Shown: positions 49,685 to 60,209, numbered from the stretch's first letter. The stretch is DNA of 64,000 nt from an uncultured Phycisphaerales bacterium (GCA_963718665.1 OY970359.1:384001-448000); one strand, 5' to 3'. Notes: generated by a model from the letters alone, not told the origin. Numbers and translations are program-made.

Positions 49685-50710
49685 ATGCCGAATAAAGATA
49701 CGAACCTCACACTTCACGTCGGCCGTGCCCTCCAGGAACGCCGGCTCGACAAATATCTCCACGGACGATACTCCAACTACAGCCGGGTTATGCTTCAGGA
49801 AGTCATCAAGGCAGGTGGCGTAAAAGTCAACGGCAAAAAGGCCAAACCAAGTTTAAAACTCAACCCCGACGACCTCATCGAAATCACCCTGCCCGAACTG
49901 CCCACTAATGAAATCCCGCCTGAAGATATACCCCTCAATATCCTCCACGAAGACGACGACATAATCGTCATCAATAAATCAGCCGATATCATCGTCCACC
50001 CCGCACGGGGCAACACCCACGGCACTATCGCAAATGCCCTCGCCTTTCACCTCGCCTCAGCCGAGGCCGAAGAAGATGAAGATGATGAACCCGAAACCGA
50101 CGACGCCAATTTCCCAATCGCACTCGGCGAATTTCGCCCGGGCATCGTCCACCGGCTCGACAGAAACACCACGGGCGTGATGATTCTCGCCAAAAATGCA
50201 ATCGCCCAGTGGAAAATCTCAAGACAGTTCCACGACCGAAAGGTCGAAAAAAGCTATATCGCCATCGTCCACGGCACCCCCGAACTCACGCGAGACCGCA
50301 TCAACGCCCCGCTCGGCGTCAATCTCAAATTCAGATACAAATACGCCGTCCGCCCTGAAACAGGCAAAGAAGCAATCACCTTCTACGAGGTCCTCGAAAG
50401 TTTCCGCGGCTTCTCACTCCTGAAACTCACCCCCAAAACGGGCCGGACCCACCAGATTCGCGTCCATCTCGCCCATATCAAACACCCAATCGTCGCAGAT
50501 GATATGTATGGCGGCAAACCCGTCTATCCCTGGCAATTAAAAGACGCCGAACTAACCCCCGAAGCTCCCGTTATTTCCCGCTGCGCACTCCACGCCTGGA
50601 CGATTTCCTTCAAGCACCCCACAACCGAAAAAATCGTCTCCTTCGAAGCCCCCCTGCCCGACGACATGCAAAACCTCCTCGATTTGCTGAGAAAATACCG
50701 GAAAAAATAA
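49685..50710 (+). CDS. rluD: RluA/RluD family pseudouridine synthase
   Basis: S4 domain, GIVHRLDRNTTG, TGRTHQIRVH, ALHA. Confidence 0.92.
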   Translation: MPNKDTNLTLHVGRALQERRLDKYLHGRYSNYSRVMLQEVIKAGGVKVNGKKAKPSLKLNPDDLIEITLPELPTNEIPPEDIPLNILHEDDDIIVINKSADIIVHPARGNTHGTIANALAFHLASAEAEEDEDDEPETDDANFPIALGEFRPGIVHRLDRNTTGVMILAKNAIAQWKISRQFHDRKVEKSYIAIVHGTPELTRDRINAPLGVNLKFRYKYAVRPETGKEAITFYEVLESFRGFSLLKLTPKTGRTHQIRVHLAHIKHPIVADDMYGGKPVYPWQLKDAELTPEAPVISRCALHAWTISFKHPTTEKIVSFEAPLPDDMQNLLDLLRKYRKK

Positions 50711-50734
50711 TCTTCCTAAATATCATTCCCCTTG

Positions 50735-52834
50735 CTAAGCCACGTCTGCCAATCCTAATGAGTCGCCGAATTTGGTTATCAATGCCTGGCGGATATTCTT
50801 GTGCGTCGGAACAGTAAGCATAGGGTCTGCTGAAACAAGTTCAAATGCGCAGCGTCGAGCCAAAACCAACAAATCATAATCGTCGATGATATCGGCGATT
50901 TTCAAATCGGGCAGGCCGTGCTGTCGCGTGCTGAAAAGCTCACCGGGGCCGCGCAATTTCAAATCGTGCTCCGCTATCTCGAAGCCGTCGTTGCTTCGTT
51001 CCATCATTTCAAGCCGGCTTTTCGCCACTTCATTCTCCGTTTCCTTATCCGCGAATAAAAAGCAAAACGATTTATCCGTCCCCCTGCCTATCCTGCCACG
51101 CAACTGGTGCAGTTGTGCCAGGCCGAACCTGTCCGCACCCTCAATAACCATTATCGTCGCGTTTGGAATATCCACGCCCACTTCTATCACCACCGTCGCG
51201 ACCAGCGCCTTTATTTTCCCTTTGCGAAACTCCGCCATTACCTCTCTTTTCTTCTCCGAGTTCATCCGCCCGTGCAGTAATTCAACCTTGAACTCGCCAA
51301 ATACCTTCGATAATTCTCGCCAGCCGTCGGTCGCCGCTTTTATGTCCCCTTCCTCCTCGACGCCCGTTATACGCGGATACACAAAATACGCCTGCTTGCC
51401 CGCCCGCAATCGCTCGCGGATAAATTCGTATGCCTTGGCCCTGTCATCCGGCGAAACCCACCGCGTAACCACCGTTCCTCTGCCCGGCGGACTGTGTTTG
51501 ATTATCGACACGTCCAAATCCCCAAAAACCGTCATCGCCAAAGTTCGCGGAATCGGCGTAGCAGTCATAACGAGGCAATGAGGTGTCCCGTCCTTGCGCA
51601 ACTCCGCCCGCTGATGAACGCCGAATTTATGCTGCTCATCAATCACAACCAAACCGAGTTTTTTGAATTCGATATCCTTCTCTAACAGTGCAACTGTGCC
51701 GACAACGATATCTATCTCGCCTGCTTTTATATTTTTGAGAATTTCATCCCTGTCTTTGCCCATCAGCCCGCCCGTAATCAGCACTCGTTTCACATCGCTA
51801 TTGCGCAGATACCTTTCGATGCTTATAAAATGCTGGTTCGCCAATATCTCAGTCGGCGCCATAATCGCAACCTGCGTCTTGTTCGCCACCGCCAACAGCG
51901 TCGCGTAAAGCGCAACCACCGTTTTGCCTGAGCCGACGTCCCCCTGCAAAAGTCGATTCATCGGTATCGGCCTTTGCATATCAGAGATTATTTCAGCTAT
52001 CGTCTTGTCCTGGTCTTCAGTCAGTAAAAACGGGAATCGCTTTCGAATCCGCCTGTCGATTTCCTCGGATGATTTCATCTCTACCGCCGAAGCGAATTGA
52101 CTGTGCCTGTGCCTGCGAAGCGCAAGCCCCAATTGCATCAAAAACAATTCGTCGAATTTCAGCCGGCGTTTCGCCTTGCCTAATTTACCCTCATCAGGGG
52201 GCAAATGAATCCATCCAAACGCGTCTTTGCGTTTTATCAGTTCCGCTTTTTTAAGAAACTCATCGTCATAGAATTCGCCTACGAGTCCGCCGATATTATC
52301 CAGCACGGGCCTGATTATCTTCTTAATCTGCATACTGCTCAGCCCGCCGCTCGCCGGATATACCCCCCCGCTGAAATACTCCGCCGGTTTCGATGCCTCT
52401 TTCTCCATCACGCGAAACTTCGGATTGGTCAACTGCAGCTGATGTTTATATTCCCCGACCTTGCCCCACGCCATAACCGCCTGGCCTGGCCGTAACTGGT
52501 CCCGCAGGTATCCGCCGTTAAACCATATTATCCGGCAAGTCCCCGTCTCATCGCTCACCATTGCCTCAAATATCGCCGGCCTGCGGTAATTCTGAAAATC
52601 CGTTGACTCAACCAGCCCCACAATCGCCGCCGTCTCCCCCGTCTCCAATTGTCCTATTTTCTTCGGCTCAGGCGCAAATACCCAGTCACGCGGAAAATAT
52701 TCCAGCAAATCGCCAACAGTAACAACCCCCAGCTTTGCGAATATTTCCGCCCTTGCCGGCCCCACCCCCTTCAAAAATTGCACCGGCATCGACAACTTAA
52801 TCTCACCACTCGGTTTTACGCCTAATTCACTCAC
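50735..52834 (-). CDS. recG: ATP-dependent DNA helicase RecG
   Basis: QGDVGSGKT, DEQHKFG, MTATPIPRT, FGLAQLHQLRGRIGRG, DGFEIAEHDL. Confidence 0.97.
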   Translation of the reverse strand: MSELGVKPSGEIKLSMPVQFLKGVGPARAEIFAKLGVVTVGDLLEYFPRDWVFAPEPKKIGQLETGETAAIVGLVESTDFQNYRRPAIFEAMVSDETGTCRIIWFNGGYLRDQLRPGQAVMAWGKVGEYKHQLQLTNPKFRVMEKEASKPAEYFSGGVYPASGGLSSMQIKKIIRPVLDNIGGLVGEFYDDEFLKKAELIKRKDAFGWIHLPPDEGKLGKAKRRLKFDELFLMQLGLALRRHRHSQFASAVEMKSSEEIDRRIRKRFPFLLTEDQDKTIAEIISDMQRPIPMNRLLQGDVGSGKTVVALYATLLAVANKTQVAIMAPTEILANQHFISIERYLRNSDVKRVLITGGLMGKDRDEILKNIKAGEIDIVVGTVALLEKDIEFKKLGLVVIDEQHKFGVHQRAELRKDGTPHCLVMTATPIPRTLAMTVFGDLDVSIIKHSPPGRGTVVTRWVSPDDRAKAYEFIRERLRAGKQAYFVYPRITGVEEEGDIKAATDGWRELSKVFGEFKVELLHGRMNSEKKREVMAEFRKGKIKALVATVVIEVGVDIPNATIMVIEGADRFGLAQLHQLRGRIGRGTDKSFCFLFADKETENEVAKSRLEMMERSNDGFEIAEHDLKLRGPGELFSTRQHGLPDLKIADIIDDYDLLVLARRCAFELVSADPMLTVPTHKNIRQALITKFGDSLGLADVA

Positions 52835-52837
52835 TCC

Positions 52838-53536
52838 TTATTCCTCAAACGCGCATTTGCCGACGAGTTTGACAAACCGGACGTCGCACACCACCCGCTC
52901 AATAAGTTTGCCTTCTTTTTTTATCCCCACGATAAGCTCCTGCACACCGCCTTGGCCAACCGGCACGACAATCACCCCCCCCGCACCAAGCTGGTCAATC
53001 AATTGCTCCGGCACCTTCGGCACAGCAGCCGTAACGATAATCCTGTCAAACGTTCTTTTTTCATACCAGCCAGCACTGCCGTCTCCGACATAAAACTCAA
53101 CATTATTGATTCCCAGCCGGCCAATAATCGCCTGTGATTTCGCCGATAACTCTGCGAACCGTTCAATCGTATAAACCCGTTTCGTCAATTTCGCCAGAAC
53201 CGCCGTCTGATACCCGCTGCCAGTGCCTATCTCCAGCACCTCGCAAAAATTATTCAGCCGAAGCTCCTGCGTCATCAGCGCAACAATATACGGCTGCGAT
53301 ATCGTCTGCCCCATCCCAATCGGCAAAGGGTAATCCGCGTATGCCCGCGACTCATACGACTCAGGTATAAACTCCTCGCGCAATAGGCGCCCCATCACCG
53401 AAAGCACCCCCGCCTCGGTTATGCCCCGCCCCTTCAGGTCATGCTCGACCATCCGCTGACGTTCCCTGGCAAATTTACTGTTCTGCGGCCCTGTTATCAT
53501 ATCCCTAATAATCCCGTCAAAAACATAATTTTGCAA
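52838..53536 (-). CDS. pcm: Protein-L-isoaspartate O-methyltransferase
   Basis: GQTISQPYIVA, VLEIGTGSGYQ, FDRIIVTAA, VRFV; exact start uncertain. Confidence 0.94.
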   Translation of the reverse strand: MQNYVFDGIIRDMITGPQNSKFARERQRMVEHDLKGRGITEAGVLSVMGRLLREEFIPESYESRAYADYPLPIGMGQTISQPYIVALMTQELRLNNFCEVLEIGTGSGYQTAVLAKLTKRVYTIERFAELSAKSQAIIGRLGINNVEFYVGDGSAGWYEKRTFDRIIVTAAVPKVPEQLIDQLGAGGVIVVPVGQGGVQELIVGIKKEGKLIERVVCDVRFVKLVGKCAFEE

Positions 53537-53559
53537 CCCATTTCGCCGGCGTTCATCTG

Positions 53560-54291
53560 CTAAAACAACAGTTTTATCGCCGCCGCCAGCGCCAAAAGCT
53601 GTATCGTAATCTCAAATACTTTTTGAGGCATCTTTTTCAACGCCACTATCCCCAAAACCGCACCCGTTATAATAAAGGGCAGCATAACAAAACCAAGTTT
53701 TATTGATGCAGCGTTAATCAGCCCCAGGTGCACACTGAACGGCACCTTCATCCAGTTGACAATAAAGAAAAACCAGGCGCTGGTCCCCACAAACTCAACC
53801 TTTGGCAGTCGCATCGCCAGCAGATACACAATCATCACAGGCCCTGCGGCATTCGCCATCATCGTCGTCGCGCCAGCGAAAAATCCCATCACCTCCGCAA
53901 ACCACCACTGCGTCGGAACATCCTCACCTCTTCGATTGCGCCACCAGTTGACCGCCAGCATCGCCACCACGATTACGCCGATTATCGGCTTCAACTGCGC
54001 ATCGCTGATTACCTTCATCACAAAATATCCCGCGACGATACCAACAAGCGTCGCAGGAATCAGCCGGATAATATGACGCCACATCGCAGATTTGTGGTAA
54101 TAACTCGCCGCGAAAATGTCCCCCAGAACCAATATCCCCAGCACCATTCCCGTCGATTGCTTCGCCGGCATCACCATCGCCATCAGCGGCACAAACAGTA
54201 TTCCCATCCCCGGCAATCCCGTCTTGCTGATGCCGACCATCACCGCACACAACGCTACTACCACCCAGCCGAATAAATCCAGTCCCATCAT
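53560..54291 (-). CDS. Sulfite exporter TauE/SafE family membrane protein
   Basis: GISKTGLPG, ANAAGP, FVGTSAWFF. Confidence 0.85.
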   Translation of the reverse strand: MMGLDLFGWVVVALCAVMVGISKTGLPGMGILFVPLMAMVMPAKQSTGMVLGILVLGDIFAASYYHKSAMWRHIIRLIPATLVGIVAGYFVMKVISDAQLKPIIGVIVVAMLAVNWWRNRRGEDVPTQWWFAEVMGFFAGATTMMANAAGPVMIVYLLAMRLPKVEFVGTSAWFFFIVNWMKVPFSVHLGLINAASIKLGFVMLPFIITGAVLGIVALKKMPQKVFEITIQLLALAAAIKLLF

Positions 54292-54421
54292 TGCATAATC
54301 CTTTATTGCTACCGCCCAAGGAATCGTTACAATACCATAATTCCAAACGAATTTAATATAGCTAACCGTTAAAAACTTAACTTTAGTAACGCTTGGTTTC
54401 TTTGAAAAAGGTGATTACTCA

Positions 54422-56023
54422 ATGCTCCAATCGGACTTCAGACGTTATCTCGTTGATATTGACTCCGTTACCACGCACCAGCAATCGACCGACTATCTTG
54501 TAATTGGCGCAGGCGTCGGGGGCCTTCGCGCGGCAATCGAGGCCTCGCAGCACGGCTCTGTAACCGTCGTCACAAAAGGCACCGTCGAAGACAGCAATAC
54601 CTGGCACGCCCAGGGAGGTATCGCTTCGGTCCTCGAAAAAACCGATAAATTCGAATCGCACATCGCCGATACTCTGCGCACAGGCGGCGGACTCAGCAAT
54701 GAAAAAACCGTTGACCTCGTCGTCCGCCAGGGACCTGGGCTTATCAGGCAATTGCTCGACTGGGGCTGCGCTTTCGATATGGTTAATGGCAATATCACCA
54801 CTACAATCGAAGGAGGTCACAGCCACCCGCGCATCGCACACGCCCACGGTGACGAAACAGGCAGAATCATCGCCCAGACCCTCATCGCAAAAGCAAGACA
54901 ACAGCGAAATATCACTATCATCGAAAATTTCTTCTCAATAGACCTGCTGACCGACAATCACAAATGCCTCGGCGTCATCGGCTGGCACAGGGAAAAAGGC
55001 GCACGCATAATCTGGGCGCTCAACACAATCCTCGCCACGGGCGGCGCGGGCCAGCTCTACCGCGAAACCACAAACCCCTCCTGCGCGACAGCCGACGGCC
55101 TCGCTATGGCATATCGTGCCGGCGCAGTCCTCCAGGATTTGGAATTTGTCCAGTTCCACCCGACAACGCTCTATATCGCAGGCGCATCACGAGCGCTCAT
55201 TACCGAAACCCTACGCGGCGAAGGAGCCGTCCTGCGAGATACCAAAGGCCGGGCCTTTATGAAGGACTACAACCCCGCCGCTGAACTCGCACCCCGTGAT
55301 GTCGTCAGCAGGGCCATCCTCACACAAATGCTCAAAACCAAAACCACCCACGTCTATCTCGATATCCGCCACTTCGATAAACAGCATTTCACCAAAAGAT
55401 TCCCCGTCATAAGCGAACTCTGCGACAGCTTCGATATCGATATCAGCAAAGACCTCATTCCCGTCCGCCCCAGCGCACACTATATGGTCGGCGGCGTCAA
55501 AACCGACATCGCCGCGAAAACAAATATCGAAAACCTCTACGCCTGCGGTGAAGTTACCTCAACGGGCCTCCACGGTGCTAACCGCCTCGGCAGCAACTCC
55601 CTCCTCGAAGGCCTCGTCTTCGGCAGAATTGCGGGCCAGACATCACTCGCTCCAAAATCCGCCGGCTTCGGCCAGTCGATTATCAAATACCAAATCCCGC
55701 ACTCCGAACTTCGTCATCTCGATACTTCCGACGTCAGAAACTCCCTCCGGGCGATTATGTGGCGAAACGTCGGCATCACAAGAAAATCCCCCGAAATGAG
55801 ACAGGCCATCGACCAGATTCGCTTCTGGCAGCGATATGTTATGGATAAGGCCTTCGATAACTCTCAGGGCTGGGAGCTTCAGAATATGCTCACCGTCTGT
55901 CTCCTTATTACCCAATCCGCCCTGGCACGAAAAGAAAGCCGTGGCGTCCACTTCCGAAGCGATTTCCCGGACACCGACGACCAGAATTTCAAAAAACACT
56001 CCGAAATTAAAAGGGCGGAATAA
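54422..56023 (+). CDS. nadB: L-aspartate oxidase
   Basis: AQGGIA, EGGHS, QFHPT, ETLRGEG, GLHGANRLGSNSLLE, ESRGVH. Confidence 0.95.
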   Translation: MLQSDFRRYLVDIDSVTTHQQSTDYLVIGAGVGGLRAAIEASQHGSVTVVTKGTVEDSNTWHAQGGIASVLEKTDKFESHIADTLRTGGGLSNEKTVDLVVRQGPGLIRQLLDWGCAFDMVNGNITTTIEGGHSHPRIAHAHGDETGRIIAQTLIAKARQQRNITIIENFFSIDLLTDNHKCLGVIGWHREKGARIIWALNTILATGGAGQLYRETTNPSCATADGLAMAYRAGAVLQDLEFVQFHPTTLYIAGASRALITETLRGEGAVLRDTKGRAFMKDYNPAAELAPRDVVSRAILTQMLKTKTTHVYLDIRHFDKQHFTKRFPVISELCDSFDIDISKDLIPVRPSAHYMVGGVKTDIAAKTNIENLYACGEVTSTGLHGANRLGSNSLLEGLVFGRIAGQTSLAPKSAGFGQSIIKYQIPHSELRHLDTSDVRNSLRAIMWRNVGITRKSPEMRQAIDQIRFWQRYVMDKAFDNSQGWELQNMLTVCLLITQSALARKESRGVHFRSDFPDTDDQNFKKHSEIKRAE

Positions 56024-56098
56024 TCGCCTTTTTGGTATAATATCTCCCGCTGCACCGAACAAAATAATCAACCGTCAATAGCGCATTGAAAATCAAAA

Positions 56099-56461
56099 GA
56101 GCGGGTTGGGCAGCCGCTGGCTCTTCGGGGCCGGAGGAAAGTCCGAGCAGGACAGGGCACGGTGATGGCTAACAGCCACCTCCTCACTGCTTGCGAAAGC
56201 AAGAAGCGGGAACGGGATAGTGCCACAGAAAATACACAGCCGACGTCCCGAGCAATCGGGGCAGGCAATGGTGAAATGGTGCGGTAAGAGCGCACCGCGG
56301 AGTTGGCGACAATTCCGGCAGGGCAAACCCCACCGCCTGAAAGACCAAGCAGCCGGTGCTCGGCCCGGGCATTACCGGCGGGTAGGTCGCTTGAGCCAAC
56401 TGGTAACGGTTGGCCTAGATAAATGGTTGTCCAAGACAAAACTCGGCTTACAGACCCGCTC
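56099..56461 (+). ncRNA. rnpB: RNase P RNA (bacterial type A)
   Basis: GAGGAAAGTCC, AGTGCCACAGAAA, GGTAAGAGCGCACC, GGCAAACCCC, ACAAAACTCGGCTTA; P1 GAGCGGGT/ACCCGCTC. Confidence 0.97.
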
Positions 56462-56509
56462 TTTTGATTTTCCTTCTCGACGCAGGCCCGCAAACTTCAA
56501 AAAATCGCC

Positions 56510-57259
56510 TTAATTATCCATCGCGTCCAGTCCCTCTAAACTGAGCTTCCCGCTCTTGCCGAAAGACCCAAGACGCATCTTGACCGTCACTATGTCATTA
56601 TCGATAACCATCCGCAGCCGGCCCTTGTCTAAGTTGATATGGTCGAACTCCACGCCGTTCGGCTCGCTAAGACGAACAGCAAGCGCCGGCGAAGCGTCTA
56701 ATTTGGTCAGAAGCGATTCCATCCCCTGACCCGCCATCATTCCGCTCACGTTCAGCGTCGCGTTGTCCGTCCCAATTTCACTTGTGTCCTTGCGGGTATC
56801 CGCATCAACTTTCTTTAATATCGCGATGCGCCTCGCGTTTTCATCCGCGTATGGCTCATCAAGAATTTCTTTCGACAAAACCATCTGGCAGCCGAAATCC
56901 ACTCCTTCCCACGGCTCAACGAACAACTGCTTCGGCCTCTCATGCGAAATAAAATAGTATTTCCGCTTCGCTATAAGCTCGCTCTCGTCGAACGACACCA
57001 TATTAAACCACATCTTATGGCCCTGTTTAGTAGTCCCCGCAAGGGCCGCTATGCTTTTGCTCTGGCTCAACAGCGTATCCTTGGGCGTCCCGAACCGCGA
57101 AAGCACGTCAGCACTCGTGCTCCGTTTAAGAGTCGTCTGCTGATACTGCGCATATATCTGCTTGTTTGTCAGCGGTCCTTCTGGTGTAACCAAAACTACC
57201 GCCTCACAACCCGCTGCCAGACAACACATCACCATAAACAACGCTTTCATCGTTTTCAT
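56510..57259 (-). CDS. Hypothetical lipoprotein
   Basis: Lipobox LAAGC. Confidence 0.75.
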   Translation of the reverse strand: MKTMKALFMVMCCLAAGCEAVVLVTPEGPLTNKQIYAQYQQTTLKRSTSADVLSRFGTPKDTLLSQSKSIAALAGTTKQGHKMWFNMVSFDESELIAKRKYYFISHERPKQLFVEPWEGVDFGCQMVLSKEILDEPYADENARRIAILKKVDADTRKDTSEIGTDNATLNVSGMMAGQGMESLLTKLDASPALAVRLSEPNGVEFDHINLDKGRLRMVIDNDIVTVKMRLGSFGKSGKLSLEGLDAMDN

Positions 57260-57336
57260 AGCATCACCATTTTAACAGAGTTATTTTTATCTCTGCGGTC
57301 TCCGCGTTGCTCGGCGGTTAAAAATTCGTTAGCCGT

Positions 57337-58353
57337 TTAACGAGGTTTCACGCCTTCCTTTACGTCAATCCACTTCATCATCTTACGCAATTTACGTCCG
57401 ACATTTTCGAGCTTGCTGTTGTAATCCTTCGCATAGAGCTTGTTGAACTTCTTCAGCCCCGTCGCGTTTTCCTTCATCCATTCTTTTGCGAACTTGCCGC
57501 TGGTGATTTCCTTGAGGATTTTCTTCATCTCCGCCCGTGTCTTGGACGGGATGATTCTCGGCCCGCGAGTAAGGTCGCCGTATTCCGCCGTATCCGAAAT
57601 ACTATACCGCATATAGCTCAGCCCGCCTTGGTACATCAAATCAACGATGAGCTTCACCTCGTGCATACACTCAAAATACGCAATCTCCGGCTGATAACCC
57701 GCTTCCACAAGCGTATTGAACCCCGCCTTTATCAGTGCTGACAGGCCGCCGCAAAGCACGCACTGCTCCCCGAACAGGTCCGTCTCGGTCTCTTCCTTGA
57801 ACGTCGTCTTGATAATGCCCGCTCTCGCTCCGCCTATGCCGTTGCCCCAGGCAAGCGCAATCTTCAGAGCACCGCCCGTCGCGTCCTTCTCTACCGCCAC
57901 GATACAAGGCACGCCGCCGCCCTTCTGGTATTCGCTTCTGACCAAATGCCCCGGCCCTTTCGGCGCAATCATCACTACGTTATTGCCCTTTGGCGGAACA
58001 ATGTATTTGAAATGAATATTGAACCCGTGACAGAAACCAAGTGTCTGCCCCGGCACAAGATTCGGCTTAATATACTTCTCGTAAAGCTTCCCCTGCACAA
58101 CATCCGGCAGCGTAATGATAATCAGCGAAGCGCCTTTCATTGCCGTCTTGATATCAGTCGGCTTAAATCCGTGCTCTAACGCTATCTTGTAATTCGGCGT
58201 CCCCGGTAACTCCGCAACCGACACCTCGATGCCGCTGTCCCGCAGGTTCAAACTGTGAGCATGACCCTGACTGCCGTAACCGATCGTCGCAACCTTTTTG
58301 CCCTTCAACGGAGCAAGCGACGCGTCCTTCTCATAAAACATCTTCAACGCCAT
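57337..58353 (-). CDS. ilvC: Ketol-acid reductoisomerase
   Basis: [40 protein letters not shown]. Confidence 0.97.
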   Translation of the reverse strand: MALKMFYEKDASLAPLKGKKVATIGYGSQGHAHSLNLRDSGIEVSVAELPGTPNYKIALEHGFKPTDIKTAMKGASLIIITLPDVVQGKLYEKYIKPNLVPGQTLGFCHGFNIHFKYIVPPKGNNVVMIAPKGPGHLVRSEYQKGGGVPCIVAVEKDATGGALKIALAWGNGIGGARAGIIKTTFKEETETDLFGEQCVLCGGLSALIKAGFNTLVEAGYQPEIAYFECMHEVKLIVDLMYQGGLSYMRYSISDTAEYGDLTRGPRIIPSKTRAEMKKILKEITSGKFAKEWMKENATGLKKFNKLYAKDYNSKLENVGRKLRKMMKWIDVKEGVKPR

Positions 58354-58386
58354 TGTTTTATTCTCCTTATTTTAATTTGCTTAAAT

Positions 58387-58466
58387 TACCCCCGCGGCTT
58401 CGCTTTTGCTCGCCTCTGCGTCTCTCGAGGTAAGTCGAGGCAGCAGGCGAAGCAAAACGGCGGGGG
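58387..58466. repeat. Triple-nested palindromic element
   Basis: TACCCCCG...[TTTTGCTCGCCT...CTCGAGGTAAGTCGAG...AGGCGAAGCAAAA]...CGGGGG. Confidence 0.6.
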
Positions 58467-58477
58467 CGATATTTGCC

Positions 58478-58620
58478 TTACTTCATGGTTTTTCGCACGC
58501 TCACCGACCGGCCAGCCCGACGCTTGCGGTTTATCATCTTCCTGCCTTTACTCGTCCGCATCCGCACTAAAAATCCGCTCTTGCACTCCTCTTAATCTTA
58601 CTCTTGCGATGATTTTCCAC
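58478..58620 (-). CDS. rpmH: 50S ribosomal protein L34, frameshifted by a 1-nt deletion near 58586; absent from the ORF track
   Basis: GTG start with AAGGAGA RBS; MENHRKSKIKR.. then ..KSGFLVRMRTSKGRKMINRKRRAGRSVSVRKTMK*; 143 nt is one base short of 48 codons. Confidence 0.85.
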
Positions 58621-58648
58621 GCCTTGTCTCCTTCATTCCTTTAGTATT

Positions 58649-58670
58649 TAGCCCTGGGTTTCACCCAGGG
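58649..58670 (+). repeat. REP (TAGC foot)
   Basis: TAG-CCCTGGGT-TTC-ACCCAGGG. Confidence 0.75.
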
Positions 58671-58787
58671 TTTCGGTTACTTTCAATCATCGTGGAATTA
58701 TACACCAATCCCCTTTAAATGAAAAGGCAATCCTTCCAAAAACTGATACCCCAACGACGTTTACTTGCCGCCCCTGCAATCTGCGTT

Positions 58788-59231
58788 TCAATGCCCCTCA
58801 ACGTATTCTATTCTGTTTTTCAATGACTTTTCATCGAAACAGAACTTCGTATTATATCCATTTGTCCACACCCTCCCCTTAAACCCGTTTTTCTGCAGCG
58901 CGACTCGCCCCGCGTTCTTGTAATAACCCACAATAACCCCTATTGGAACATCAACATACTCACACACGATATGAACGTGATTCGAGAACACCCTTGCCGC
59001 GAGAATCTTTTGCTTGAATCTCTTCGCCGCTTCCGTAATCGCCTCCCTTACAATCTCTTTGTCTTTCCGCCCCAATCGCTCCGGCTCATGCTCCAATTTC
59101 TTTTCGCAATCTTTTTTAATTGCGATGTTCTCTCCGCGAACCTCTCCATCTTTGACGTATCCCTTTTTCTCCCCCTGTAACCACGTCCCGTATATCGTCC
59201 ACGTCACCATATATCCGATTGTCTTCGCCAT
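58788..59231 (-). mobile_element. HUH/Y1 transposase, REP-associated (RAYT/TnpA-REP-like)
   Basis: YMVTWTIYGTWL, NHVHIV (HUH), WTNGY, IEYV catalytic Tyr; flanked by REPs. Confidence 0.82.
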
Positions 59232-59249
59232 ACGCAGATTTTATCCCAA

Positions 59250-59504
59250 TACCACTGGCTTTGCCAGTGGCGTATATAGCCCCCGGCTATGCCGGGGGGT
59301 GCAAACGCGAGGTCCGCTTTTACCCCACTATCTCACCGGGGTTTGCCCAATGAACGTCCGCTTCGGGCGTTTGTATATAGCCCCGGTCTCCGGCCGGGGT
59401 TGCAATCGCGAGGAATGCTTAACCCTTTATCCGCCGTAGGCGAATTGCTTATGTGAGGTCAACTTAAACCCTTTTTGAACGCCCGCTTCGGGCGTTTGTA
59501 TAGC
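59250..59504 (+). repeat. Cluster of REP hairpins next to the RAYT
   Basis: TACCACTGGC-TTT-GCCAGTGG; TAGCCCCCGGC-TAT-GCCGGGGG; TAGCCCCGG..CCGGGG; two copies of TGAACG(T/C)CCGCTTCGGGCGTTTGTATA. Confidence 0.8.
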
Positions 59505-59524
59505 AAGGAACCTGCCATATAGTA

Positions 59525-59935
59525 TTAATAAAACGTAATTTCTAATCCAAGCCCCAAACTGCCCGCCAATTGAATAAATTCCGGCGGGAAGTAATACCAT
59601 TTAACGGGAAACTCGTCACGGTCCTCGCGAGCAACGCCAAAATCCAAGGTTACATCTTCAACACCCGGATAAGCCAGAAGAGTAGATATTTGTTCTGAAT
59701 TTTCTTTATCTTCCAGAAAAACTACTGCGTCCTGAATCTGCTGTTTTAAATCTTCGAATCTAGCGTCACTGACACAAATATTAAATCCGGAATGATCTAT
59801 CTTAGGACCATCTGGTTTATTTTTATACCTTGGCTCTCCCAGGCGATGAAGACCGGATACTTGGCAGGGATGCTCCTTAAGATAAGCATCTACATTCAAC
59901 TTTTTACCGCCTACTCTAAGATAACATGACGACAT
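59525..59935 (-). CDS. Hypothetical protein, AT-richer than the flanking genes
   Basis: GAGG RBS before ATG at 59935; ends LGLEITFY. Confidence 0.65.
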   Translation of the reverse strand: MSSCYLRVGGKKLNVDAYLKEHPCQVSGLHRLGEPRYKNKPDGPKIDHSGFNICVSDARFEDLKQQIQDAVVFLEDKENSEQISTLLAYPGVEDVTLDFGVAREDRDEFPVKWYYFPPEFIQLAGSLGLGLEITFY

Positions 59936-60209
59936 TGATAACCTCACAAAGCATCTTCCGCCCGGCAAAGTTGACAGGCAAAGGTGTTATTCTCTTCCGG
60001 CCATAAGTTGGCAGTATACCGCTAAACTGGTCAGAAAAGCAAGAGTTTTAAGAATCCGCATCCCAAAATTTTACCCGCCCGCCATAAGGCGTCACTTGCG
60101 GGAGTAGTTTTAACGCAGGCGGGCCGCAATCCCAAATAAAAAATATGTTCAAGTGATTCGTTTTAGTGCTTTGAATTTGTTTCGGATTTAGGGTTTAGGA
60201 TTTCGGGTT

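Noticed and set aside
56068..56513. ORFs of 71-141 aa over this interval
   Set aside because: Shadow ORFs of the RNase P RNA gene.
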